Of a stretch of DNA of 64,000 bases, positions 13,459-64,000 are shown piece by piece. How positions within the stretch are numbered: the stretch's first letter is position 1; every line of letters starts with the position of its first letter. The notes under the pieces are model-generated. The model was not told the DNA's origin and ran no database searches. It saw nothing but the letters and a program-made list of their open reading frames with translations. Both the position numbers and the translations under genes were made by a program. Origin of the DNA: Amoebidium appalachense. Lineage: Eukaryota; Protista; Ichthyosporea. The DNA lies in NCBI GenBank assembly GCA_963693365.1, contig CAVNZM010000001.1, positions 11,868,161 to 11,932,160 of the forward strand. The letters are read 5' to 3'.

Positions 13459-14386
13459 TATCAACGAGTGTAGTGCAGGCACGCACGTGTGTGACCCTGA
13501 GGGGGGCCAATGCACAAACACCAACGGCAGCTACAGCTGCACGTGTCTGCAGGGATACTATGGATATGGAATTGCATGCAAGGGTGTGTGGACGTGTACG
13601 TGTTGTGTGTGTGTGTGTGGGGGGGGGGGGACGTGTGTGAGTGTGTGGGTGGGTGGGTGAGTGGGTGTATTTGTGTGTGTTAGTGTGTGGGTGTATGGGT
13701 GTATGGTGTGTTTGTGTGTGTCTGTGTGTGTATTTGTTTTCCAACGTTTTTATGGGGGGGGGGGGGGGGGGGGGGGGGGGGGAAGGGGGAGGGGAAGAGG
13801 GGGGCGAGAAGCCATCAACCTTATTTGAAGAAACTATCTGGCATTACTTAAAAACAATAGCCCTTCATGACAACAGCCACAACATTAACATACGTATTAT
13901 AATGTTTTTTCCTATTAAAGCGTGAACAATCAACAAAGCTGAATAGTGAATTTTCACATTTTGCAGATCTCAACGAGTGTCGTCTCCGCACACACAACTG
14001 CCCCCCCTCCAGTCTCTGTGCAAACACACTGGGCAGCTTCACCTGGGGCTGTCGGGAAGGATACACAGGGGATGGTGTCACGTGCACAGGGATAGTATAT
14101 AATGCCCCATCCCCCTGATATTAACCCCCCCCCCCCCCTCCCCCCAAAAAAACAAAGAACAAAAAAAGGTTCGCCCCGATCCCTTCCCCCCCGCCTCCCC
14201 TCCCCTCGCCCTGACCCCCTTCAGCTCCAGTTCGTCATTCCGACGAGCCCTGCCACAATTAAGAAAGGCATACAGGAGCTCTCTGTAACAATAATTGTTG
14301 AGTTTTTTCGCTTGCCGAAATTTTGGAAATGATTAAGATTAGTTTAAGTGTCAGTACTTTTTTTTGGTGGTGGTGGTGGTGGTGGT

Positions 14387-14456
<70 letters not shown>

Positions 14457-14576
14457 CCTGCAGACATGTGATAGGCTTATCGATCCGGAAAACTTAATAG
14501 ACCGGGAACGGCATCTTTTTGTGCTTAACAGCACTTCGAAAAAAAATAATATATGCCTTTATTTATACGTTTTTCC

Positions 14577-14768
<192 letters not shown>

Positions 14769-14934
14769 GCGGCGCGTCCAGCTATCTCACTTGGTTACAA
14801 TGGCTTTGGCATAGGAACGAATAAATAATGCAATTATGGTCCGACACTTTGGGGGTGCGCATTAGTTGGCCAGGGCCTCAAGTAAAGCTGTAAATTCCAA
14901 AGGTCTTTTGTCTGGTGCCAGGTTACTGTGGTGT

Positions 14935-15010
<76 letters not shown>

Positions 15011-15762
15011 GAGGGGGGTGGATGGATGTTAGGAGGAAAGGGTGGGCGGGGGGAGGGAGGGGGGGGAGGTGTGGTGGGATAGAGTGATGGAATTTAAATA
15101 TCTGCAAAAAAAAACAAACAGAGAAGAAACATTAGTATTCAATTTAACAGAAATTTCCGGAAATTCCGACTTTATACCCCATATCAAGTTTATCATTGCC
15201 TGCTTGCTAGAAGAAAGACCGATTACAGCAACAACATAGTACCGATACATTACAGCACCATTTATACATCGTGAAACTTCTCGAACATCCCTAACCACGT
15301 GCACCAATCAGCATTCGACCAGTGCTCCACAAACACCCACTCGTGTTCCCACGATGCCACGTGCGAGCGCACAGGCACCGACCACAAGTGCGTGTGCAAC
15401 ACTGGGTACACGGGGGATGGAGAATCATGCACGGGTGCTTTCTCTATCCCCCTTCCCCCCCCCCCCCCCCCCCCCCGCCTAAAAAAAAAAACAACAAAAA
15501 ACAAGAAAAACACACACCGCTACCTTCCCCCCCCCCCCCCCCCCCCCTCCCCTTCTGCTCCTATGCATACTCCGTCTTCCATATTTCAATCTGTCTTCCG
15601 ACTAATCCTGTAATTCAAATTGGAAATAAACCGAAGCCGTTCCCATTAGCCACGAGCCCCCCCCCCTCCCCCCCCCCCCCCCCCCCCCCCTCTCCTTCCC
15701 CTCCCCCCCCCAAAAAAAAAGAAAGAAAGAAAAGAAAAAACGAAGAAAGAAAGAAAGCAACA

Positions 15763-15793
<31 letters not shown>

Positions 15794-17570
15794 AGGGGTG
15801 GATTAGAAAGTAAAAGAAAGTTTAATTAAAAAAAAATAAAAAAAAGCCTCCCCCCCCCCCCCCTCCCCGCTGCCGCGGCCACCTCCCCCTCTCCTCCTAC
15901 CCATCAACTTTAAAGCTTACCCCTGTGCTCCACCGAACACACCAACAACCCCCCCCCCCCCCCCCCCCCCCCTCCCTCCCACCTCCCCTCCAGATGTGGA
16001 CGAGTGTGTGTCCTCCCCCTGCAGTCAGAATAGCACGTGCAGAAACCTACCCGGCACATATACGTGCACGTGCCATAGCGACGGGCAGGCATGCATAGGT
16101 AAGGGAACTGAGGACTGGTGTTCCCCACCGCGTGATGAGTGTGATACTGTTAGTTGATGTGTTAGTATTGAACAGTGATTTGATTTACTATAGGTGGGGA
16201 ATGCTTTAATATTACTTCTTTTTTGTGGGTTTCGGTTACATGTTTCATGATCTGCCTGCTTTGCTTATTTATCCTCCTTACTATACAATATCCTTGTTTT
16301 GTTTTTAAATTAACAGCCTTTTGTGCCCTTAGCCCTCAAGCTATTTGGCAAGGTAAAGGCTTTCCACTCAGTCTGGTGTCGTGTTGTTAGCGACGTGTTA
16401 GCTCTGCTTACTCATTATGTGCCCCACAAGAAACAGAGGATAGACATATGTCCATAAACGATCACCAGCGCATTCGCAAGGCAACATCATATTCCATTAC
16501 CTTCAATTATCACCCCCAGTCAATCAATACAATTCGGTCGCATAATATGAAGTCTCACAACCGTGTGCCGGAACCCCCCCTCCCCCCCCTTCTCCCCGAA
16601 CAGCGTAGCCGCACTAACTAATCTAGGCAGTGCCTCGCCAGGAGTGAAGATAAGCAAATAATTGAATAGATGAATAAAAATAAGCACTAACTAATCTGGC
16701 CCAGGCCCCGCATCTAACCTCTACCACCCTACTCCCTCCCTCCCTCCCTTCCTCAATCATTCCCCCCAGTGTAAATTTCACACTCACGCACACATACACG
16801 CATGTATCCCCCCTCCCCCTTTCCTCCCTCCTCCCCGACATGCACACACACACAAACAAACATCGATGAGTGTGCTGACGGTTCAGCCCAGTGCTCATCT
16901 GGCCGTGAGTGCGGCAACACATTTAAGGGATATATTTGCAGATGTCCGACTGGGTACACGTCCATAGGCACTACCTGTATGGGTATGGATCTCCCCCCCC
17001 CCCCCCCCCCCCCGCCCTCTCCGCCCTGCTCCCCCTCCCCCCCCCCCCCCCTTCCTCTCCCCCACCCCCCCCCCCCCCCCCCCACCCCCCTTCTCCCCCC
17101 CCCCCCCCCTGCCCACCTCCTCTATTTTTTCTGTGAAATCATATGCACATCATCGAGCACGTTTTTTTTTGGTCTTGTGGTGGCTGTGCATGTATGTTTC
17201 AAGTGTGTGTGCATGAGTCGGTGTGGCCGAACTGGGCCGGGCCCCCGGGGGAAAGGGGGAGGGGGGGAGGGAATGGGGGGGGGGGGGGGGGGGAGGAATG
17301 GAGGAATGGAGGGGGGGGGGGGAGGGGGGGGAGGAAGGAGTGGAAGAGAAGGGGTGGAAGGGGGGCACCGGGGGGGGGGGGGGGGGGGGGCACGGGAAGG
17401 GTTGTTTGTGGAGGACTAACCAAACACACACGCACACATGCTCATCCACGCATACACACAGACGGATGCACACTACACCCACCCACCCACCCACACACAC
17501 ACACACACACGCACACACAAACACACACGCACACACACACACACGCGCGCGCGCGAGCGCGCATACACAG

Positions 17571-18109
17571 ATTTTAACGAGTGCATGCAGGGCAACCACG
17601 GCTGCTCCCCAAATGCCAACTGCAGCAACACAGACGGCAGCTACATGTGTACGTGCAGCCCCGGCTACGAGGGGACAGGCATCCAATGCACCGGGGCCTC
17701 CTCCAATCAAAACACCCCAACTGTTCAAGAACCAATCAAATCCCCTGCAGACGCCGCCACAACAACACTCCCCATTGCGACCGGCTCGGGCGGAGTAGCA
17801 ACCATCACACCCAATCAGATCACTGAATCCACGGGAGAACCAACCAATGAAATCACGGGATCGACGGGAGAACCAACAAACGCAGTAGACAGGGCGGCAG
17901 CACCTTCCCCTAGTCCCGCTAGCTCATCAGCGGGAACAGCTGCCATAATCGGTGGGACGATCGGAGGGGCGGCGGCTGCGATTGCGGCTCTTAGTGCTGT
18001 GATTTATGTTGCCGCTAGGCGTCGCCGTAGTAAGAAAGAGAGAAAATATCCCCAGGATTATCTGGATGATACGGGTTTGCCTGCACGCCCTGGTGGCGCT
18101 TTCATCTAG
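17571..18109 (+). CDS. Intact terminal exon of the EGF receptor-like gene (EGF, mucin-like stalk, TM, tail)
   Basis: Acceptor cacacag, then DFNECMQGNHGCSPNANCSNTDGSYMCTCSPGYEGTGIQC. The stalk has an ITxSTGEPTN repeat twice. TM AAIIGGTIGGAAAAIAALSAVIYVAA is followed by an RRRRSKK stop-transfer signal, and the stop is TAG at 18107-18109. Confidence 0.85.
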
Positions 18110-18589
18110 AGATAAACTGGGTGAAATTTCAGTGTGTCTACATTTTTTGAAAATCGGTTCATATGTTAATCACATGAACTGATTCTGTTAATGTAGATTC
18201 ATAGTAACTCAGAAAGTAACTTACTAAGTACTCCCCATTTTCCGCATATGACATAGTTCAGTTTCGAATATAGACAATAGTACGACTTCAAGCAACTGTT
18301 GTTAGATTTACATACATAAACATTAGATCTTAGTACTCATGTATAGTGCAAGAAATTTGAAAAAAATATCCGAACGAAATTTTGATATTTATCATTAGAA
18401 TAAAATAGAAAAGCGATGCATTTCGGGATTTTCACATTTACGAGTCTGCAAGTAGCCCACTGGACTGGTTCCGTGGGATCATATTTGTGGCGAGTGGATG
18501 TGCCTAATATAGTAAAGTCTAAAACCAAATTCAAGGCAGGTACGTCACTTCATTTAGCATGTGTACGTGTGTGGAGGTAATGGAAACCT

Positions 18590-18624
18590 TGATGGGGGTT
18601 TTCAACTGTCAGTCTCTGAATGCA

Positions 18625-18657
<33 letters not shown>

Positions 18658-18690
18658 ATGGGGGTTTTCAACTGTCAGTCTCTGAATGCA
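18590..18690. repeat. Exact 35-bp direct duplication, each copy followed by a poly-C run
   Basis: tgatgggggttttcaactgtcagtctctgaatgca at 18590-18624 and 18656-18690. Confidence 0.95.
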
Positions 18691-19372
18691 CCCCCCCCCC
18701 CCCCCCCCCCCCCCCCCAAACACACACACCCAATGGCACACGCACACACACACACACTTTGCGAGGAACTCTGTTGCCTTGCTTATGCGTACACGACAGC
18801 GTGTAGCGCACGCATTCTTAGCAGACGCATTCCACAAGGTTCGAGATGGCCAATTGCGGGTTAAATTGTATCCATATTTGGACATTCAATCCATAATACG
18901 ATTGGTTGATATGACAGAAGGAATCGTCCCTCTTTACATACATGTGATGCAGATATAGGTACCTGTACATAGAGTCGAGATAGCCGGAGATAAACTGATA
19001 TCCAGTCAGGTATGCAGTCAGGTATGCATGTCAATACCTGTACACGATCCGCTCAGTCACGATCCTCCCGGTCACAAGCACAACTATAAAGACGAACCGA
19101 CAGGCATGTTGCCTTCAGTTCTATCCATATCCTTATTCCGTGCTCTCAGTTCCATATTCAACCAAACTCTCTTCTTCTCTCTCTTCTCTTCCCACTCTCC
19201 AACGATTTGTTCTTCACATACATTTGTATTCGATCATCCGATTGGATACGCAGATATTACATTTATGATTGGCTCACTCGTCACCAATTATCGACATCGG
19301 ATTGGATGAACCGGCACCGACGAAATGTAAACAAAGCAAATAGATCTTAATAGATCTGAATCAATCGATTGA

Positions 19373-19895
19373 CACGACTGCTCGCCGCGGGGACATAACA
19401 ACAGCACCCAGCTGCACACTGCCAAGCTGTGCTTCATCGATGCCGTCCAGACCTACGTGCGGGTTATTCGATCGCTGGCACCTACCGAACAGAGTTTTTC
19501 CACCCAGTACAACAACGTGTACAGAATTTTTCAAAACTTGAGCCTCTTGAAGTACTACTTCGCGCGACGGGGCCACAAACTTCTTCCTTTTCAGCGAAGC
19601 ACGGCCCTTTCGACCGGGCCGCTGTGCCATAATGGCAAACGGCATGGGGCAGTTTGTCGACCTGACCTTCACGGAGCTCCTGTTCCGTGACCTCGCAGCG
19701 GCGCCCGCTTCCCCCGTGTCATTTGATGATGTGTGGGAGAGTCCCTACATCAAGCACCTGCACAAACTTTTGACCCCCGGGCCCGACTGCTGGCTGCAGA
19801 GTGTGGAGGCCGGCTGCGTGACACCCTACTTTAGTACGTTTTATCACCACAGAAACCCCGTGGACTTGTATGTTGAGAAGGTGGGTCTGTCCTGA
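19373..19895 (+). pseudogene. Intronless frameshifted coding fragment of unknown family (~175 aa)
   Basis: Frame 1 (..KLCFIDAVQTYVRVIRSLAP..YNNVYRIFQNLSLLKYYF) joins at ~19560 to frame 2 (RDGATNFFLFSEARPFRPGRCAIMANGMGQFVDLTFTELLFRDL..VDLYVEKVGLS*). Codons are GC3-rich and there are no microsatellites. Confidence 0.5.
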
Positions 19896-20285
19896 GGCGC
19901 AGAGAGCATCACAACTAGCCACCGCGGAATGCCCTGTGTGTGCCTGAGCGCTTAGTTGTGCACGCCAACCTTATGAATTTAAATAATAGTACGACACAAA
20001 CCAATGATGAGTGAGGAGTCGTGCGTACAGGTTAGCCAAGCACAGCCCTTGCCAGGGGTGGCGGGAATAACCCATTGGCTCGCTTCACGTTATGCTGTTC
20101 CCAAGCCTGGAGTTGGCTGTAACTGTATGTGTGTGTGCAACCCATCCGAAGGAGCCCGTGTATGCATGATTGGGGTGGGTGTGGGTGCACGTGCCAATTA
20201 TTGTTCTCGGTGGATCCCCTAAAGCTTTGTTTACTTGTGAGGCGGTAAGGGACAGTGTACTAATTGTGCTCATCCGTGCACTCAG

Positions 20286-20403
20286 ACTGGTCTGGTTGGG
20301 TCCCTGCTGCCTTCTGACTACAACGAACCCAGTGCCCGGGCCTTTGCCCACACCGATCCGCTCACTGCAGCTCTTGAACGCAAACAGGTATGCTTCAGCC
20401 CAG

Positions 20404-20472
<69 letters not shown>

Positions 20473-20557
20473 CCCCCCCTCCCCCCCCCTCCCCCCCCTC
20501 CCCCCCCCCTCCCCCCCCCCCCCTCCCCCCCCCCCCCCCCCCCCCCCTCCCCCCCCC

Positions 20558-20608
<51 letters not shown>

Positions 20609-21270
20609 AAAAAAAAAAAGGAAAAAAAAGAAAAACGCAAGAAAGAGAAACCCCCAGCCCAACCAAAGCGCACACACATATAGTACTACCAACACCAAGC
20701 CATTGAGCTAGATTTGGTCCAGAAACCCGTGCCTGCAATGTGTGTGTATGTGTGCCTGAATTTTCGTGTGTGCGTGTGCGTGTGCCCCGCGGTGTGTGTG
20801 TGTGTATGTGTGTGTGTGCACGCGTGCACGTGTGTGTGTGAGCCTGTGTGTGTGTCGGCGCCTGCGCCTGTGCCCGTGCCTGATGTGTGTCCGCAGCTGT
20901 TCCGCAGGTACTGACTCTGAGACACACAGAAAACATTGCAGAACCCCATCAAGGAGTCGGCGTTCATGATGCTCCTGCGTCAGACTGAGTGTGGCACCAA
21001 AGATCCAGCTTAGTTTGAGTTCAAGAAGTAGGATCCTTTTGTCACTCAAGAAACTAAACGCCTTGATCAACGAGTCGGATGAACCAAGTTCTATGCATGG
21101 CAGCCATATGTAACAACTTATATATATGAAGCTGGTTCCCGTTTTTTGCTTTTTTGTAGCTCCGATAAGAACCTACCTGCCCGTGGCCCACAACACGTAT
21201 CAGCACCAGCACGCCAGGCACCAGTGTATGTCGGCAGACAAAACCCCACAATTGGTGGTGGCTTTGATTA
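20286..21270 (+). pseudogene. Possible two-exon gene remnant with in-frame stops
   Basis: Exon-like 20286-20387 (ctcag|TGLVGSLLPSDYNEPSARAFAHTDPLTAALERKQ|gtatgc) is phase-compatible with ccgcag|20897 (LFRRY*L*DTQKTLQNPIKESAFMMLLRQ..). It has five internal stops and the family is not recognised. Confidence 0.3.
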
Positions 21271-21497
21271 AATTAAAGTTTATCGTTTTGTTTTTGATAT
21301 TTTATTGTCTTGTACCATTACCGCCATCAATAGTGGCAAAGCTATTAAACACGGATTTGTCTGTGTCAAGCAAAAAGGTCTGACACACAGCAGGAAAATC
21401 CAAATGGGAAAATACCGCAAGGATATGGAGTTTATTTTCATACGTGCATTTGGAAATAAAATTGACCATCATTATTTCTGGTTTCAGACACGAAAGG

Positions 21498-21540
<43 letters not shown>

Positions 21541-21921
21541 AAAGAAAAAACAAACAAACAAAAAAAAAAATAACCAAAAAAAAAAAAAAAATCAAAGGGA
21601 AAAAATTAAAAACATAAAAAAACAAACAAACAAACGAACAAACAAACCCCCCCTCCCCCCCCCAAAAAAACTCAAGAAAACAAAACATTAAGACAACAAC
21701 AAAAATACAATTGAAGAAGCTAGTTTGGTACCTCTTATCTTCGAGCCAGGAATAACCTCTATGCTTAAAACCTACATCACCACATTTTCTAAGACAACCA
21801 CCACACCATTCATAAGTCAAAAATCCGTACAGTGTAACACATTCTCAAACTCTAATTCCATTGGTTGGTTCGGTCTCCATCTTAACCAAAAAAGGCCAAA
21901 AACACGCTGACCGTGGCCCAA

Positions 21922-48173
<26,252 letters not shown>

Positions 48174-48209
48174 GCCTAGCCCAGCCACTGTGTGTGTGTG
48201 TGTGTGGGG

Positions 48210-48244
<35 letters not shown>

Positions 48245-48291
48245 GTTGGGAAGGGGGGACGGGAGGTTGGAGCGGGGGGGGGGGGGGGGGT

Positions 48292-48375
<84 letters not shown>

Positions 48376-48393
48376 CTTTCTTTCTTTTTTTTT

Positions 48394-48437
<44 letters not shown>

Positions 48438-49642
48438 TAGATTGGTGGGTGGGTGGCCGTGGATGAGTGTGTCAGGGTAATTGTGTGTGTGTGTGTGTTC
48501 GTGTGTGTGTGTGTGGGTAGGTGGGTGGGTAGGTGTTTGTGTGTGTGTGTGTGTGTGCGCGCGCGCGCGCGCACGCGCGTGCGTGTGTGATGGTTGCGCT
48601 GGAGCCGGAGGAGGGGAAGAGAGGGGGGGGGGGGGGGGGGGGGGAAGGGCGATGGAGGCTGGGTTACAAAGCTTGCAATAGCAATGACCTAGAGATTAAT
48701 GTGTGGATACTAAGCTGAGGAGTAAGATCAACAACATAGATAAATGTAAAGCACCGTGCGATCGAAGGAAAGAGGCATGAAAATGCCTCGGGTTGTGGAA
48801 GCAACAGGCCCTGAATAGTTAGGTTGTGCGACAACGTCAAGGATCGGAGTGTCATGTGTGTGCTGGAAAATGAAGGAGAAGTGCGGGAGGAGAAAAGACG
48901 GTGGGGCCGGGTAGAGAGGGGGGCGGGGGGGGGGGGGGGGGGGGGGAGAGAGAGGGGGCGAGTGCGAGAGAGAAGGAGAGGTGGAGAGGGTGAGAGGGAT
49001 AGGGGGGTGGGGTGGGGGGTGGGGGAGTGTGGGTGTGGGTGTGTGGGTGTGTGACAGTGAAACTGGATACTGAGGGGAAAGTGGGGGTAGGGCTAAAAGA
49101 GAGAGAGGTGAGCCGGGAGGAAGTGGCGGGAGACCAGGAGATGGAGAAAGAAGAGGGTAATGAGAGTGGAGATGAGGATAAAAGGGAGAGGGCGGGGGGG
49201 GGGAATAGAGGGAGTATGAGAGAGAGGGAGGGAGAGGTAGAGGGAGTCCGAGAGAGTGTGAGGGGGAGATGGAGGGCGTGTGTGAGAGAGTGAGGGAGGG
49301 AGGAGTGTCAAGCAGAAAGGGGGGAGTTAAAGCCGTGGTGGAAGAAAAGAATGGGGAACAGGAAGCTGCAACGGGAGCAGGAGTGCAGGAGGAATAAAGG
49401 TCGATGTGTGTGTGAACAGAACATGGAGAAAGTCAACCACAGGTTGCTTCGAGACCGGGAGGTAACAGCCACCACACAACCTGACCAAATTAAGATGCAG
49501 CACAATTTAATTTTTGCTTGTCTTCCTTTCTTTTTCTCTCATTTCTTTTCTTGTCTTTTTTCCCCTTTTTTTCTCTTTTTTTTCTTTTCTTTTTTTTTTT
49601 TTTTTTTTTTTTGGGGGGGGGGGGGGGGGGGGAGGGAGGGAG

Positions 49643-49746
<104 letters not shown>

Positions 49747-49899
49747 GCGTGTGTGCGTGTGCGTGTGTGTACGTGTATGTGTGCGCGCGTGTGTGTGTTT
49801 GAGGGTAGGGGGGGACTTACTTTTGACTTGACGGCTGCTGTGGAGGCAACAGCAACAGCCTTGGAAAATCAGAAAATCCTGTCAAACCTGAATTCGGTA

Positions 49900-50980
49900 T
49901 CGAATAAGCAAAGAAAAAAAGTGGCTGGTGCTCTGCAAATAACTAAGAACCCTGAAGCTCTCGGATAGATAGCACGGCCAAGAGTTTTGAACATGAACAA
50001 CCTACTTGCACCTTAGTGTTTTCTCAAGCCCTCATTCATCCCTGTTTGTACTACAACAAAGAAGAACTTTTTTTTTCCTCCCACACACCTTCTTTCCCCT
50101 CCTTTATTTATGCCTTCTACCGTGTTTTATATAGATTTTATAGTACGGTTGTCAAAAAAATACTTTGACGCCGTACACTTGTAACATGTGTGGCGGGCGG
50201 CTGCCGCTGTAGATTGAAAGTGCGCGCCAAAATTTGAAATCGTGATAAACTATATTTAGACATTTCTCCTTCTGCCGAAGCTAAAAATAGATGGCTGCGC
50301 ATTCCGGAGATCAACTTATTTCGTAGAAAGGTGTGAAATTTGAATAGATGACCTTTCAAAGGGCTTTTAGGTTCTTTAACTTTTGACTGAGTGAACTAAT
50401 TTCCAGTGATCAATAAATCCCAGTCAAGATAAATTTACAAACATAATTCTGCATTTTAGCTTTTTTTCAAAATAATTCCGTAGAGGCTTACAGCTACCGT
50501 TGGCGCCATCACGGTTGTCTGGTGGGGCAGCGGCCAGCGGCCGGCTTGTTGTGCTTCCAGTGGCTCTCCAGACTGTGTGCGCGTGAGTTTGTATACGTGT
50601 GCTAGAGGTCACGGAATGTAGAGACCTTTTGCGTATACACATAAAGAACACTAACAGCCAAAATTCATGTTTTAATGATGTGAGTTTCAGTTGGCATGCT
50701 AAGCTCAAGAAGCAGGCTGTGAATATTGCCACTTGGCCTTCAGAGGTTCTTATTCCGTTGTGATGGTTCAGCGAGTCACCTACTTGGTGCACTCCACACT
50801 CACAGATTATCATAGAAAATTAAGCTCAGTTATACACACTTTAGTGAAAATTAAGCTCAGTTATACACGCTTTAGTTAAACAAGTATTAAGGTATATTCA
50901 GACGGAGCTGAGTACGTAACGCAAACACCTCCATTTTCCCTCTCTTCTCAGTCGTCAACCATCCAGTGGTTCTTGCAGGT
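49900..50980. promoter_or_regulatory. Probable bidirectional promoter and 5' UTR region between the head-to-head SMPD4-like and WAPL genes
   Basis: Microsatellite-free interval between two divergent genes. Candidate UTR splice sites: minus-strand donor gtaagt at ~49820, plus-strand donor gtgagt at ~50583, acceptor ttcttgcag at ~50978. Confidence 0.5.
50815..50876. repeat. 31-bp tandem duplication
   Basis: gaaaattaagctcagttatacac(a/g)ctttagt twice, one mismatch. Confidence 0.95.
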
Positions 50981-51024
50981 GCCTTTCTACTTTGTGCACT
51001 CCGAGAGATGAAACAGCCACCATC

Positions 51025-62884
<11,860 letters not shown>

Positions 62885-62974
62885 AATATTCGACCATTTC
62901 AGCTTTGAGCTCCACGGATTACAAGGATACATATATATCATGTTGATAGCCATTGTGATACATGCGCATGCGAG

Positions 62975-63027
<53 letters not shown>

Positions 63028-63587
63028 CATACAAAAGGCACGAATGATGAAACTGTTCACGTACAAAGGGAAAATTCAGGTCAACGAAGTGAAAATAGTT
63101 GATCTAGTCTAAGATGCGTCTAACAGAATCCACGTTTGTAATCTGTTTTTGTTACAGTCACAAGTTGGCCTAGTGTGTAGTGAGATAGTGTTCGTGGCAT
63201 TCCGATCACGATCCGATCTAATCGTTCGATCATACGAGTGATCCGCCCGTACGTCCAGGGGGGAGGGGGGAGGGGGGGGGGGGGTATGATGAGATCTTTT
63301 GCGTTCCTGCTGTTCTTATAGCTTGTGGTTTGGATTTTTCCCTTTTCTTTCTTCTTTGTGTTCATGCGAGTGTGTGAGCTCGAGAGCGATAACACGACGT
63401 AGGGCGAGGGGTCTCAATCGCTCGAATGAACGAATGTTTTGCTATTTTACCCCTGAGATATCTGAGATGTCGCGTATTTCTGTCTTTTTGAGCAGATCAT
63501 TAAAGTCATAACTATTTATTTTTTTTTTTTCAAGCGTAAAAATAAAATACGTGCATGGCATGGCGTAACCAATAATCCCCCCCCCTC

Positions 63588-63665
63588 TGCATACTCTTTA
63601 TGTACGGTTTGCACTCTGCATCGTGTTATCCGTTGTTCATGTGTACTTTGTACTTTATGACGCAT
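63588..63665 (+). repeat. ~78-bp dispersed repeat, copy 2 (downstream of WAPL)
   Basis: Near-identical to 54923-55001 and in the same orientation. Both copies are followed by poly-C. Confidence 0.9.
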
Positions 63666-64000
63666 CCCCCCCCCTCCCCCCCCCGGAAAGCCTAGTCAAA
63701 ATTGGTGTGGTGTCATAGTAATCTTGAGTCTCATTTTCGTTCCCCCTGGCTCCCCATTACATACGAGCGGGGCAAAGGTATATCATTAGCAACAATGGCA
63801 ACAACTGATAATTTCATTTCAACGGTCCTTTATTTTTTCTCTTCCTTTCACAACCCAGCTGTACATTCAGCAATACCGATCCCGTGGTATTATCACCCAT
63901 CATTTTCATCACAAGCTATTACTTTTGCACGCATGGGCTTCATACAGGGCTCAAACACATACACACACGACCCTAGCTCACTCTCTGACCTCCTTTCCTT

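Noticed and set aside
16131-16200. C-box-like RTGATGA motifs (also 20004, 46267, 63044) as C/D snoRNAs
   Set aside because: No convincing D box with terminal stem or recognisable rRNA guide.
20897-21270. In-frame TGA/TAG codons as selenocysteine or stop-codon reassignment
   Set aside because: Both TGA and TAG occur, no SECIS was identified, and the intact SMPD4-like and WAPL models have no internal stops and end in TGA. Decay or non-coding sequence is simpler.

Overview
This is eukaryotic genomic DNA with many short spliceosomal exons. The introns are packed with (CA)n/(GT)n, (CT)n, poly-C/poly-G and C(n)A(n)/T(n)G(n) tracts. Gene content suggests a unicellular holozoan or similar protist (inference only). 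Almost all ORFs in the supplied track are translated microsatellite, so genes were rebuilt by hand from GT-AG exons with consistent phases. Main content: (1) a 38-exon minus-strand SMPD4/nSMase3-like gene (~1230 aa) that appears to carry three degenerate PDZ-like domains and a multi-pass membrane C-terminus, with a tRNA-Arg(ACG) gene in one intron; (2) a divergently transcribed 16-exon WAPL gene (~900 aa, one apparent frameshift in a G-run); (3) a decaying receptor pseudogene with a bacterial-type beta-sandwich domain, 8 EGF modules, a stalk and a TM helix; (4) a foldback MITE, a palindrome-saturated hAT-like element and small repeats. The most unusual patterns are at least eight 'ghost' copies of splice junctions in the SMPD4-like introns (some diverged mainly at synonymous sites), 3' splice sites preceded by (CA)n or poly-A instead of a polypyrimidine tract, and the palindrome-dense segment at 6.35-7.4 kb. 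No database searches were run; family assignments rest on recalled motifs.
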